NCBI GenBank assembly: GCA_040954595.2
Contig: CM082576.2
Location: 13,519,129-13,583,128 of the forward strand
Direction of reading: 5' to 3'
DNA: 64,000 bases
Origin: Balanoglossus misakiensis
Taxonomy: Eukaryota > Animalia > Hemichordata
Positions 1-13,100 of the stretch are shown here, one piece after another. Both the position numbers and the translations under genes were made by a program. Positions within the stretch are counted from its first letter, which is position 1, and every line of letters starts with the position of its first letter. The notes beneath the pieces were generated by a model. That model saw nothing but the letters and a program-made list of their open reading frames with translations. It made no database searches and had not been told where the DNA came from.

Positions 1-3000
1 CAGACGGGTTACAATCCAAGGAGACAAACCGAGTGAAAGGATGACGGTTGGCGAATAAAGAATACAGAATGGGCTGAGGGCATAAACGGGGAGGATTTCA
101 GCTGTTTTCGTAGTGTGCACACGCATAGGTAATATTATCTTTCATGACATACTGAGAATAGAATATTTGGTCGCTGTCACACAAACATGAGCCTTGGAAT
201 CATAATTCCGCTGGTCAAATTTCTTTTCGGCCCAGTGCCTGATGAAAATGTGGTGGTGCGAGAGAGAGAGAGAGAAAAAAAGTTCGGAAAATGGCAAAAT
301 GTTGCAGCGCATACCTCCAGCACGGAGCGATTATGTATTATTAATATGCCGACATGGTACCTCATTAACTATGCATTTGTTTAGGACCAGCTGTACAGAA
401 AATACTAGCAGGCAGCTAACATTGCAACCAGACACAGTTCTGACTTTGAATACTGCTCTTGTTGTCTTTGTTTCTCAGTCAAGAAGTTATTTAATATGTT
501 CTACGTGATATGTGAACACTTTGAGGAAAATTTTTTGCGTGTATCAGAAATGTTTCAAAATTTACTGAACAGTGTGTAAGTAGAATTCACATTTAGATAA
601 ATGAAAATAACTTGGAATAGAGAGATAACACCGAACAGAATAAGGTCTAAAGATTTATTTTGGTTTGTATTAATTAGCACAAACATTTGCCAAAATCAGA
701 CTAATAAGATTTAAATTTTGTTGCGATATCACATTTAAGTTTTTAAAATCTTGTATTACCTGTGTTCAAACAATCACGTAAACAAAAATGGCAACAAAAC
801 GAAAACAATATTTCACCCTTTTAAAAGGGAGATTTAGATTTTTAACACAAAACAATTTTCGATCTGATGAAACTTGAATTATACATAGAATATAGACCGT
901 ACCAAAACTAATAGGAAAAGGACAATATTTGACATTTCGTGGCCAGTTTTGTCCTTATAAACCCCCGGTAACACCGTCGCTGTGCTTATTTTGCGCAATT
1001 CAGCAGATTTCTCACTAATATTCTACAAATGCTACTGGTACATACCCGCTTTCTAAAACAATAATCTTTACAAAAGTGATTGGTGAGCTGGGAGAGGTCA
1101 TTTTATTACATTGCTTTTAAGATACATGCACTTTTCCTTGAGCATGCTTGTGTCCAAATTTCTACAAAGCAGTACACTGGCGGCAGTAATTTGGATGTAT
1201 CGTTAGAAATTATTACGCCCACTCTTATTTCAAACATTCAACATTCATTTCTTGTACACAATTAAGAACAAAAACACATACATGTCTTGGTCAATAAAAT
1301 AACACGACATAATCTCAGCTGAAGACTGAAATCATGTAAATGAAAAAAAAAAGTCGTCAGAACTTAATAAACTGTAAGACACTTGCGTGGCATCGCATAA
1401 CACCCTCTATCGACCGCGTGGAGTAGGCATTTTATTCTACTCGTTTTATTACAGAACGCAGCGTTCTACAGAACTCCGAGTTGGGAATACTGAATCAATT
1501 ATGAAAGGTAATATTGCGTTAAAGAAGATTCGCGTAGCCTACAGCGTGCAAGTCTGTATGTACACCGTCTGTCTGCACATGCACCGAATGCCAGTCGAGG
1601 CCTTCGGGAAATGCACCATTATCTAAGACGTCAAATAGTGGAGATAATTCAATACATGTTTTGAAAGCAACTGGAAATATGTCTTTGAGTGAGAGAAGAA
1701 AAAAATGGAGCACCCGTAAACTTACAAATCATCTCCTCGAATCCCTCAGATGTCTTCGGGTATTGTTGAGAACTCGGATTCTACGCTGATTCGCCACACA
1801 TTTTCGAATACTAGTACAGTGTATCAAGCATAGGAAATGTTTACCATTTGTCTCAGTGTGTGTGTCACGGTGTCTGTGTGTGTCTTTCTAACAAGCTATT
1901 CCATCCACCCATCCACCCACTTCCGTCCACCAGTCTGCCTGTCCAGTTAGCTAACTATACCCTGCCATCTGTATTTATGTTTACCTGCAATCTTCCCTGC
2001 TTTCTGATCACAGTATTCATTTGTAGTTTGAATTGAACTGTTCTGGGTTTTTACGAATATCTGAGTCCTAAGGTGAATATCAAGAAAAGTTTCAGTTATT
2101 AAATATACTTCGTGTCCAAAATACACGATGTGCAATGCCATTTCTGGACTAAACCTGTGTCTTAGTGCATAGTACCCTGATTCTGTCAGGTCCTTTCTAC
2201 AGCAACGTAGATGTATATGCACATGTACATGAACATGCAACAAACACGTTGACATACACGGCACTAGAGCAGTGATGGCGCTATTGCACCAAATATACGA
2301 TTTTATGGCCGTCTCTCACCAATTTAACTAAACGTGTCCCAGAAGGAGAAGCAAAACTTACTCCACCGATGAGGGCGACCGTTACCATCTCGGCACCGTC
2401 GAAAAGACGACAGGTAGGTTACGATTTGGCGTAGGTGGCGTCGAATACGTGCATCTGTGTATTTTCTGTCTGTCTTTACCCAAAACAATCGGTTGGTGTC
2501 AAGTTCAGATACCGCGCACTTTACTTCTGTTCAGATGTGTTACTTAATTGAAATTTAAAGCAAGGTTTGCCTGACAGTGTCGGAGTTGATTTAATTACGG
2601 AGTACAATTTCAAGAATTTTAATAAATATATGATTAGCTGGCGATGGTGACACATTTTCCTCATCACTGAGTTACTCAACGAATGAGTGTATTTTTCGGG
2701 GAACGCTCTCTTGAAATTCCACAGCATGGGTCAAGAAATGTATTATAGTAAGCGGGAAAGCAAATTGAACCGGATCTATGTTGCAGTACAAATGTAACCA
2801 AACAGGCGCCATTAATCATAACACCCTGTTTTGTCATTTAATTTCAATGTCATTATTTAGTTGTGTCCGTCCACGCCAGATCCATCCCATTCAATTATTG
2901 ATGAATACAATGAAAAGACAAAATTCAATATCATTTGATGTGAATGCGGACTCTGGCAGCATTCATCCTCTGAAAACACTAATTATGAGCCATTAAACAC

Positions 3001-3659
3001 ATTGTTTGCTTTAATCGTGCCATGATTCGTCGACTTTTGTTTTGTGATCTCTTCTTTGTTATTGATCGTTGCACCTGTCTATCAAAGTCAAATTGCGCCT
3101 GCGGGTGGATTTTCTAACTAGGGCGCTCATTGGCCGCTGTGTGTGCTGTGTGTACCACTGTTTGCGATCCACAAGACACGGTTAAAATCGACACAATGGA
3201 TCATCGTCAAGTGCTCATCAACCTCACACGATCGCCTGACGTCACACGGTGGCGGTTATGATTTTCACACACGCGAAAAACCCAAGCCCGCCGTTCTGAT
3301 GTACCTGTTCGTGAATTTAACCACAACAAGCCCACCGGCTTACAGCTGTAATTACACTCGGTTTCATAATCAGGTTAATTATTCACGTGACCCGTTACCC
3401 TATTTGTCTTTGCGGGCTGATCACATTGCAATCAGGTCCTCTCCGTGTATTCAACCGTATTGTGAAACGACAACATATCACTCCGCCGCCACATGATACC
3501 TGTATCGATTTAAATTTGATTATGCCGGAAGCAAACTCTACATGCATTTGTAAGTTAAAATAACATCGGAGCCTAATCTATAGATTATACCAGTCGACTG
3601 TGTGATGATACATAACTGACAGCAGTACCATGCATTTTGGCTTAACGTTATTCTACTTG

Positions 3660-3771
<112 letters not shown>

Positions 3772-6700
3772 GCTAATATATACCGTATCCATTTCACCCT
3801 TTAACACAATACAATACAAAGTGACGTTTCAGTGGATTGAGTCCTACTGTTACAAACAAGAATTGACACGTTGTCAGTTCGTGTACTTTGAACGTCATTA
3901 ACATGGCCAGTAACCTAAACGTCAGTGAATTCGTGCTCATGACCCTGTTCGGCGACTAATTCGTGTAATTACTCACAGCGTTAGTATTATGTTAGCCCGT
4001 GTCAAACCATCCCATGGGACGCAAACAGTAATGCACGCATTCTCGTTTTACAAAATATATTTCTACAGCATTCACAGGGAAAGGGGGGCTATCCAACATG
4101 ATATCATCAATGTTGTCTCAAAGAATATTGATTTGAACACAAGAAAAACTGAAACGAAAGATACAAGAAAATCGTTGTACAAATTGGCCACTTAAGTTGT
4201 TATCAACACTCTGGTTGCATGAATAGATACGTTTCTGAATATGCATTATTTATTCTTTACAGGCTTGAGAGGGCGCTATTTTCATAAAGTCTCAATTTAG
4301 CTTGATCGCAGTGATCAGGATTGCATGTCAGAAACCCATTAACAACACTATACACTACGTAATGAGATTGTCAATACCCTGATAGACGTTAACAATTATT
4401 TTATTTTCACTCAACATAAAGTCAAGGTCTCCGACGCGAGATGTCAATCAATTTATTTTTATTCGCTCATAATGATTGACAGGTGGGCTCTGAACGTGGC
4501 ACCTTGCCGGTCGATGGTGGCGTTTTCCAGTTCTGTAGGTAGCAGTCAGACTTTCGCTTCTTCCACGAACACGAACGAAAGAGGCGTCCTTCACATTCGG
4601 TAATCTCTCCGACTAAAAAAAAAGAAATTAGCATGTACCATCAAAATACCCAATAGTCCAATAGTTCTTTTATCTGAGATGAGTCCGTCCTCCCCGAAAG
4701 TGTCTTGTCGTTAGAATCTAACCCTCGGGCTGGAAAGAATAAAAAAGGGCGGGAAAGTAATCAGATTGGCGTGTAAAGAAAAATACGTGAAAACAAAACA
4801 CTGAGACCAAGGAATGTTAGAAGCTGCACGGGCACATAGTTTGAAGTAATGAGAAGAGACAGTCTGGACACTTGGTAGTCATCTCACTCATATACGGAAG
4901 ACTCACAAGCACTTTCCAGATATAAAAAATTAATGAGTGTAAAAGTGTTTTGGAATATGCCAAGTGTTTCTTTACGCCAAGTGTCTGTCAATGTGCCCGG
5001 AGACTAACGAATTTGTCGGGTTGTTTTCGTTTTTTTACTCAAGAGGGAACCGTGCGAAGCCAGTGAGCTGTCGAACCCTGTCAATTTTGAAGGCTGGGTT
5101 GTGAGTTCGTGTCAATTTACGCCAAGGGCCGACACTGTCATGCTATTATTTGTTTTTAGACATCGAGACCTAATTTGTCATTCGTATGCTATATCTGGGG
5201 GAGCTGAAGTCGCAAAATACGGCGGGGAAAAAACAGCGCAATCCCCTATTTTGCTATATAGAAATACACGCTTGAATGGAGAAAACTATATTGGCTCTGT
5301 CGCTCTAAGTCGCGGATTTCGAAACACGGGAGGAATTGAGTTGCATAAAACCGACAAATTCGCGACTTAACCTGTCGGCAAAGACAGAAATAATGCCGGT
5401 TGAAATTACACTGGCTTCCTGACCGTGAAATATCGTATAATTAAACTGCGGATTATTTCAATGAAAACAACATGTGAAAGGGCTTGGAATGAACAATGCG
5501 TGCACGACTATCGGTTGGTGCCGGAGCGCGCCAAATACTCTCAATGTAAATAGGTAGGGATGGATTTGCCGCTAGCTTCATTTCACTTGCATAATTGAAA
5601 GTCAGACTGGTAAGAAGATTCCTGGGTTAAGCGGGAATTTTAGGAATGAAAATTGTCCTATGCAACATACTGGCTGGATTTGCTTAAATCGCCGTCGTAA
5701 TCTCTCTCCATTTTTTTGAGAGAGCGAGAGAGAGATTTCAATTTGAATTTTCGCTTCGCAACTGCCATATACACAAAAGACCGGCTTGAGGAACCCCGAC
5801 AGAGTATTGACAAGAGCGGTTTTTTGGCATTTTCTTTTGGAGGATACCTGAGCTACGTGTGTTTAAGTAACGGTGTCGGAGTGCAAGCTGGCTTATAATG
5901 CTTTGAGAATATAAGCTTATTAATGCCTGTCTTGCCTTTGGATGCCAAGTTGAAAAGAGCCACGAGGAATTATTTCTTCCCCTGTTTGTAGTTTATCTAT
6001 AACTTCTCTTTAAGTTTTAGGTTATTATAGAGCTTGCGTGTTCTCCGAACTAAGTCCAGTGCAGTGCGTGAGCGAGGAACCGAAAGTCATATTTGACAGA
6101 TGGATACACACAACAATGGTATCTTTGGTGATGCTGTATGTATTTTCTGTCGAGTCAAAACCACGGGTATTTTCCAATAAAGTTTGATTTCAGCGAACGC
6201 ACCTGCCGCACATCCAGTGAATCGCGATCGTTAAAAAAACACACACAATTATCTGACTTTGAAAACTTGGAATGGACAATGTTGTGTGAGGAGACGTTAG
6301 CGTCACCTTTGTTCACCTTTAGAAATGAACTCGGCGGGTCAGATTGTTAATTTTGATAGTATGCTTGCAAGTCTCTTTTTTGCGTGTGAATTTTATCACT
6401 CCTGTAGCGGTACAATCGCGCAAAGTGGCAACAAAAATAGTGTTTTGGAGTTGTGATGTCATCGGGTGGTTCCAGTCCCTCACATCACATCGTGCCGGTC
6501 AAGTCCTGTTAAGTTTCAAAAACAAAAATTACCACAGTTACACCACTCTTGAAGATGACGCTAGTCACATTTTATATAAAAAAACAACGACCAGTCATTC
6601 CTATTGCGGTACATCCAGCAATGCCTACTATTCGTTGGTAGTATACCCAAACTTTATTATCGCATTCAGCGAACGAAATATTCCTGACTCGAGAAACTCC

Positions 6701-6816
6701 CAGTCTTTTTTCAAATGGAAAGGGGGAGATTGCTCCAACTTTTATTTCATAATAAATGTTTCAGATGCCATTTAACGCATGAGTAAGACAGCTTAGAGCA
6801 CATATTTCGTTTAACG

Positions 6817-7163
6817 TTCCACGTTACAGGCTTAATATAAGAAAGTTTCATTTTTTTCCCAAGGACTATGACACAAGATAATAACATCAATTTAGATGCT
6901 TTTTGTGCCAAGTCGTGTCACGTAGACATATTATGACCAAAATTCCTCTCTGTAATACCGAAATATCTAAGACGCTATAGAGTTGACAATTCCACGTTAC
7001 AGGCTTAATATAAGAAAGTTTCATTTTTTTTCCCAAGGACTATGACACAAGATAATAACATCAATTTAGATGCTTTTTGTGCCAAGTCGTGTCACGTAGA
7101 CATATTATGACCAAAATTCCTCTCTGTAATACCAAAATATCTAAGACGCTATAGAGTTGACAA
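6817..7163. repeat. Head-to-tail tandem duplication of a 173 bp unit (2 copies)
   Basis: Copy 1 is 6817-6989 and copy 2 is 6990-7163, both running TTCCACGTTACAGG...AGAGTTGACAA. The visible differences are one T-run length (7 vs 8) and ACCG vs ACCA. Confidence 0.95.
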
Positions 7164-10100
7164 TAACACTGAAGTGTATCTTGTTTCACGAGACAGACCA
7201 GTTTCCATGGTTTTATTGTATTTACTTACACTGAGACAATGTATATTATTATGGTTTGTCATTTTTTTTAAATTAAAAACATTACAAAAATAACATTCTT
7301 TTTTTAATTTCGGTGTTTAACATTATATTAAGTTTATATTTGTTTGTGTTTTGTCTAAGTATTTTATTGGGGCTAGTACCTGCTGTCTCTTCGTCCAATA
7401 AATACATAAAATAGACACATTTCGCGGAAACAGTAAACATGGCAGATGACACGTGTCAAACATGAGGTGTTCCGTTGGTCGTAACTTAGATTTTGACCGC
7501 TCCATATTTACATAGGAGAGATCGATTCTTCCATGGGGATAATTTTTTATAGAAACTGTTTGAAATTCCACATTAAATTTACAGGATTCTGTCGTTTTGC
7601 TAGATACAGACAACAGACATTGTTAATCTAGCCCTCGAACTATGAACAATGGAGATGAACATGTAAATTCGCAGACAACCTATGAAATATACCGAATTAG
7701 AAATCCTATTAAAACATTATCATACATTCGATAATTGGCATGAGATATTGATATATATTACATTTCTACACCCCGGCTGTGTTTTATATAAGCTACTTTC
7801 TATCAACACCATCCTTGAAATTGGAAAACTCCGACAGGGACCGATAGTTTCCTATTGTGTTTGTGGACAAAGCGTGTCGTCATATTCATCATCGCCAATT
7901 TCAAAGAAATAGATTAACTTGACGGATATTGGATCCGAGGGACGATGTTGATTTCGCAGCCAACATCACCCAGGGTGTATTTTGGTGAGGTCGATTCCAT
8001 TGGTTCCGCTAATAGCATCAGATGAAACGATGACCCGGGGCCATTTTTTACGCGACCGTGGGAAATCGATTCTACACCCGTGGAGATGACGGATGCGAGA
8101 GCGGCGTGTCTGGACAGGTTACATTAATATTTCAATGACACCAAACCGGTTAAGTCAATGAAAGTTCGTTTATGGTCAATTTATATATATGTCGACTACT
8201 AAAACAAGTGTTTCGATTAAAAACCTCATAAAATAGATACACGAGGTTTGTTTGTTTGTTTGTTTGAACGTATCCATCTCCACTGCGTTCGGTCATTTTC
8301 TGTGTAATGACTTGATAAAGTCCTCAGAAAAAAACTCTCTGAGGTACCGACGTTATGTTTGGAATGTAAAACGAGATGTCCAATGGCTTCAGAAACGGCT
8401 AAGGGCAATACTAGTTTAATTGCTCAATTTATCCAAAACAATAATTATGGAAGAACAGTTTTAAAACCCGGCGGCTGAAATTGTGTTAAATGCCCGTGAG
8501 CTACATATCTTTGTAATGCGTTGACCTCAAAATATCCTCCAATGTTCTCAGATATTCTTTTAACGCATGTCACAAAATCACAAAAAACTACATTCATTTG
8601 AGACAAAATGGACAGGAAAATGAGCAATTTTTCAGTTCAGATTAAATTTCTTACGACTGTGAAAAAAAATCATATTACAAAGAAAAATTAAAACACGTTT
8701 GACAGTGGAGGACAGTTCTTTCCGCTCGATATCACCATGTTGTTTCTGTGAAGATTTCAAATATGTGCACCATGTCAACGATATACTGCATACTACATGT
8801 AGTATTAAGACGGCCATATTTGGGTGTGACACCCATTTATTATTTTGTGTATTTTTTTTTTAATTTGGACCTTTATTACCATTCAGAAGTGAATAATGTA
8901 CCGTGTCCTGTATACAGAACTGTGGACCAATTTTAATTCGAAAGTACGATTATTAAAATAATTCTAAAAGTTCCGGCCTATGGCGGGGCACTTCAAAAAT
9001 GTCAATTTTGAAGCAACGATTGTTCCCTATGAAATAGCCTGTAGAGCGGAACACATTTCTATATCTTGAATACAATTATTTGGCATTTATCTGTGTTCGC
9101 TGCTGTTGTTTCTTTTCGATGTGTCGGGCAGGGGGTCGAAGCCACTGTTCCTACCAAACAGGCAACACTTCGGTCTATGTACAAAACAAACAAATGCAAT
9201 AAATCGCTCGTCTGAATGAATAGCCGGATTTTTTTCAGGACGAGAATAAATATCGTGTCAGAATGAAAACTTAATTTAGAAGCTTGTGGATCTAGATATA
9301 ATTCCCTTTTTTTCTATTGTTGCCCCCCGATTCTCAGATTCCCTAAATGCTTTTGATTCTTGTTGGGTCATTGTCTGCTTTGTGGCAGTGGAGTAATTCG
9401 ATCGCCCAACCAGACTATCAGTCACAAACCCATGAATTACGCGATCGACGCTTATGCATAATTTCTACACCTCCACTTCCAGTGGGGGTTTTTTCTCTTT
9501 CACTCGCCGTCATCTCTGAACCTGAAATCTCTCACGAATACACTAGATGAGACGGAAGCAGTAGTTTAAGAAAGTAGATTGGGTTTGAGAAATGTAGGAA
9601 ACACGATGGATTTTTTTTTCAGTCTAAAAATACCGGTTGAAATGACATGTTACGACAAGTGGTCGGTCAAACAGACTTCAACGGAGGCACAGTGTCACAG
9701 TGTTTTGTATAAAACTGAGGGAATCATTTACTATCTCGTGTTATTTCCGGTCGACAAATTCATCAGTACTGTCTCATTGAACATCGCGCAAAACGAGCGC
9801 GTCTCACTGCCAGATAATAAGTTATTTATTAAAATGAACGCAACTGACAAATATCAAAGAATTAGCATTATAGAAAAGAGATTATTAAATGGAATTGACA
9901 ATTTCATGATTTCAAAAGAGAGTCTCATTTGGCTGTCTTATTTGGACAAGGTTACTTCTTACAATACTTACACAAGTCGAGAATGGTGTAAAAATTTATC
10001 TGGTCCACCAAGTCCTTAGAAAACGAATTTTCAAGTTACGTAAACACTGAAAAGGCGAAAAGACCTTTCATAATTGTGGTGCATGACTATCGTGGAATTA

Positions 10101-13100
10101 TTTCCATCTTTGGAGCCCATTTATTATCTTCCTTTTGCATGCAATAACAGTTTCTCACAACGAAAGGTGCACAGCAGAATTACTAAGTCAAAGTGCCCAG
10201 ATGTTATGTTCATTTCATTTGATCGCAATTAAAACATCGTCGACAGTTAATCCCGTGGAATGGTTGACAACCGCCTCTCTCAAAGAACGCGCCTAAAATA
10301 CGGCACATCATTATTTTCCTTGCACTGGTAGCCATGCAAGATACCGCGAAGTTATTTATGCTTGTGGTGCGAGAGACGGTGCTAATTGCAATCGTTTTAT
10401 GCCAATTCCCTTCAGGCGATAATAATTTGTCAAATACTAATTTGTCAACAGCTAAAGCTTTGACAATTTCAGATATGTCACATTAGGAAGGGCTGTACAT
10501 AAAGGCGCTGGAAAGTTGATGGTTGGGACCGTGAACCGTTACAAACCAACAAGCACGTCCAGTCGCTAACCACTATAGCCCAATTCATCTAAAGTCCTAT
10601 AGCTTAGTGAAAAGCCTCGTCACAAGCCCATGCCGTTCTAAAAATCACTATAACGGTCACTCGTTATCGGACGGGGTGTCGTAAACAAGTCTCTTCAATA
10701 AAACATGTATAATTTGCATAATGATTAGACAGAGTTGCTGTTTTACATTTTACCTTGTATATTGAATAATCATATTCAGGAGGAGAATATGGCCCTCAGT
10801 GTGCATGCGTATAAGCCTATAGTCAGACGATTGCCGACACGGTCCTTGATTAGTCTATGGGCTTCACATCAACAGGTGGTCCTGAGTCTGTCTACAGTTC
10901 GTGACGCAATCATAAGCGCAAACGGAAAGTTTGAAGAAAAAAACGCGGAAAAATAGCATGGAGCGAGTTTAAAATTGTATGTTTGCTTACGTGGAGGACT
11001 ATCCTCCCGAAAGGAAGTCAATATATATCGAAAAAGGAACACACGCTTATGAGTGTTTTGTTTGCCAGTGGGACAGTTTGGGCGCGACATGGTTGACTGG
11101 TGATGCGTCCGATGCCGCATTCCTAATAGCAATAAATGCCAACAATTATCGGCGTTCTAAATTGCCCCATTAACATAATTAAACATTAATCGGTGTAGCC
11201 TGACGTATTACTTCGAAAAAAACTGCAGACCTCGCCTTGATTAAGTGTCGAAAGGGTAGTAGCGTCGCGATTCAATAACGACATCCGCCAGTTGAGCGCC
11301 TCTCGGCCGCTTCACTGAATTGACGGCCAAACGAAAACCTAACGCGGCGGCGACTGGCGCCATTTGCCGTCAAATTTGGGCCCAGATCCAGCGCTGACGC
11401 CAAAAATGCATGAAGTCGTCAGCTATACCAGCCGTGCACTTTTTTAAATTACTAACTTTTGACAGTTGCGACGGAACTTTATATAACTATTACAAACTGC
11501 CCATAAGTTATCTCACGGGATTATCTCAGTGTTATACGGCCCATATAGCATGATAACTTCAAAGCGTCATAATACAACCCTTGGGGCGATTCTCGCATAA
11601 AAAAACGCGACACCAAAACTTTTGATCGACGTAGACATCCAATTTTAGGACAAAACAGAGATACGCCCGGTTGATCTGAGCAAAGGCGTGACGATAATTA
11701 TGTATGAATGATGATAGATTTTATGAGCAAGAAATAAACCCCCATTAGAATTATAACAAATATTAATAACGAAATTCTAAAGAATGCAATGACCAGTACT
11801 CTACCGACAAGTTGTATATCACTGATGGATTCATTTGCAATTCGTCATGGTCAATTGATAATTGACTCTTAAACCGCCAAACTCGTTTCTCTAACCATTT
11901 ATTATCTCAGGGATAAAAATCATACATTCTCGACAATAACGTTTTTTGTTAAGTCTATGACGTTGATAAACTCTTCACTTTTTTTCCGGTACACGTGTGT
12001 ACAATGCGAGGTATAAGTCAAATGACTGTCAAATGACGGCGTCGTTTTTCAAGTTTTCCGATAATGTGAATGAATTCGGTATAGGTGGTCTCCAATGTAC
12101 GTTTTCACACACAAGCAAAACAAAGAAGGGAGAGAATAAATCATACAACGTATATCTGAATTATTTTATTTTGTTAAATTTTCAACTTTCGAAACAAGAA
12201 GCAGAGTAAGACACCCACGATGTGTCGGTGAAATTCCATAATCCTTGATGTAAAGAGTACCAGGGTGCGAGTTTCGGACATTTTATACCTGGCATCGCGG
12301 AACTCAGCGAAAATGGCCGCCACACTTAGATATAGAAAAGCCATTTCAATAGTTAAGTTGCATCTGGATAGGTTAGGTTAATTGTTTTTAGTTTTGCCAT
12401 GGTTACGGATGATAAGTTTATGAGAATTTCCAGTAAATGAACGCACTGCATGTAAAGTCCTTAAACGGTACGGTGGAAGCTGATAGACGTATTTTGTTTG
12501 TGTTTTGGTGTATAGTTTGCTTCTGTCTGTCCAATCGACACTCTAAGCTGTTACTTTTGAGGCATGATCGATAATTAAAACTATATTTTGGGGTGTATGT
12601 ATCTTTATGTAGGCGTCCCAGTGGGATCATACACCATTTCAGAAACCGGGTGAATGATTACCTGATGTCCAACCACCAAATTGTCCAATATTGGACACCA
12701 TGAACTCAGTTTTAATTACTGAAATGCAAATGCGGTAAAATGATATCTCCAAGCTTTCGTGCATATACATAAGAAACTGTGAGTAAAATGCGGGTACGTT
12801 AGTGTAAGGTAATATCAGGTTGTGATGGCAACCGATGGAGGTGCACGTAATTGCATCAGGACGCGCTAAAAATAACAGCAGCATTACAAAAACTAAAAAT
12901 GGATTATTTCATTGTGTATCGGCGAAACTTGAACGGTTAAAATACCAGTTTCCCAACCAAGTCCGTGCCCCCACTAAACGTTTCAGTTTGTCAGTCTTCC
13001 GCCAGATCGCAACTTCCACCGCGAACGCTGGTCACCACAACGCCGTATCACTGCATCATTCGGTTTGCGACCCGACGTGTGACCGAAGAAAATTGGCGGC

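Noticed and set aside
8790-8805. 16-bp palindrome ATACTACATGTAGTAT
   Set aside because: Low-complexity ACATGT-centred palindromes recur in this sequence and there is no associated structure.
9579-10019. 146 aa ORF
   Set aside because: Non-ATG start, no recognisable domain and no convincing splice boundaries.
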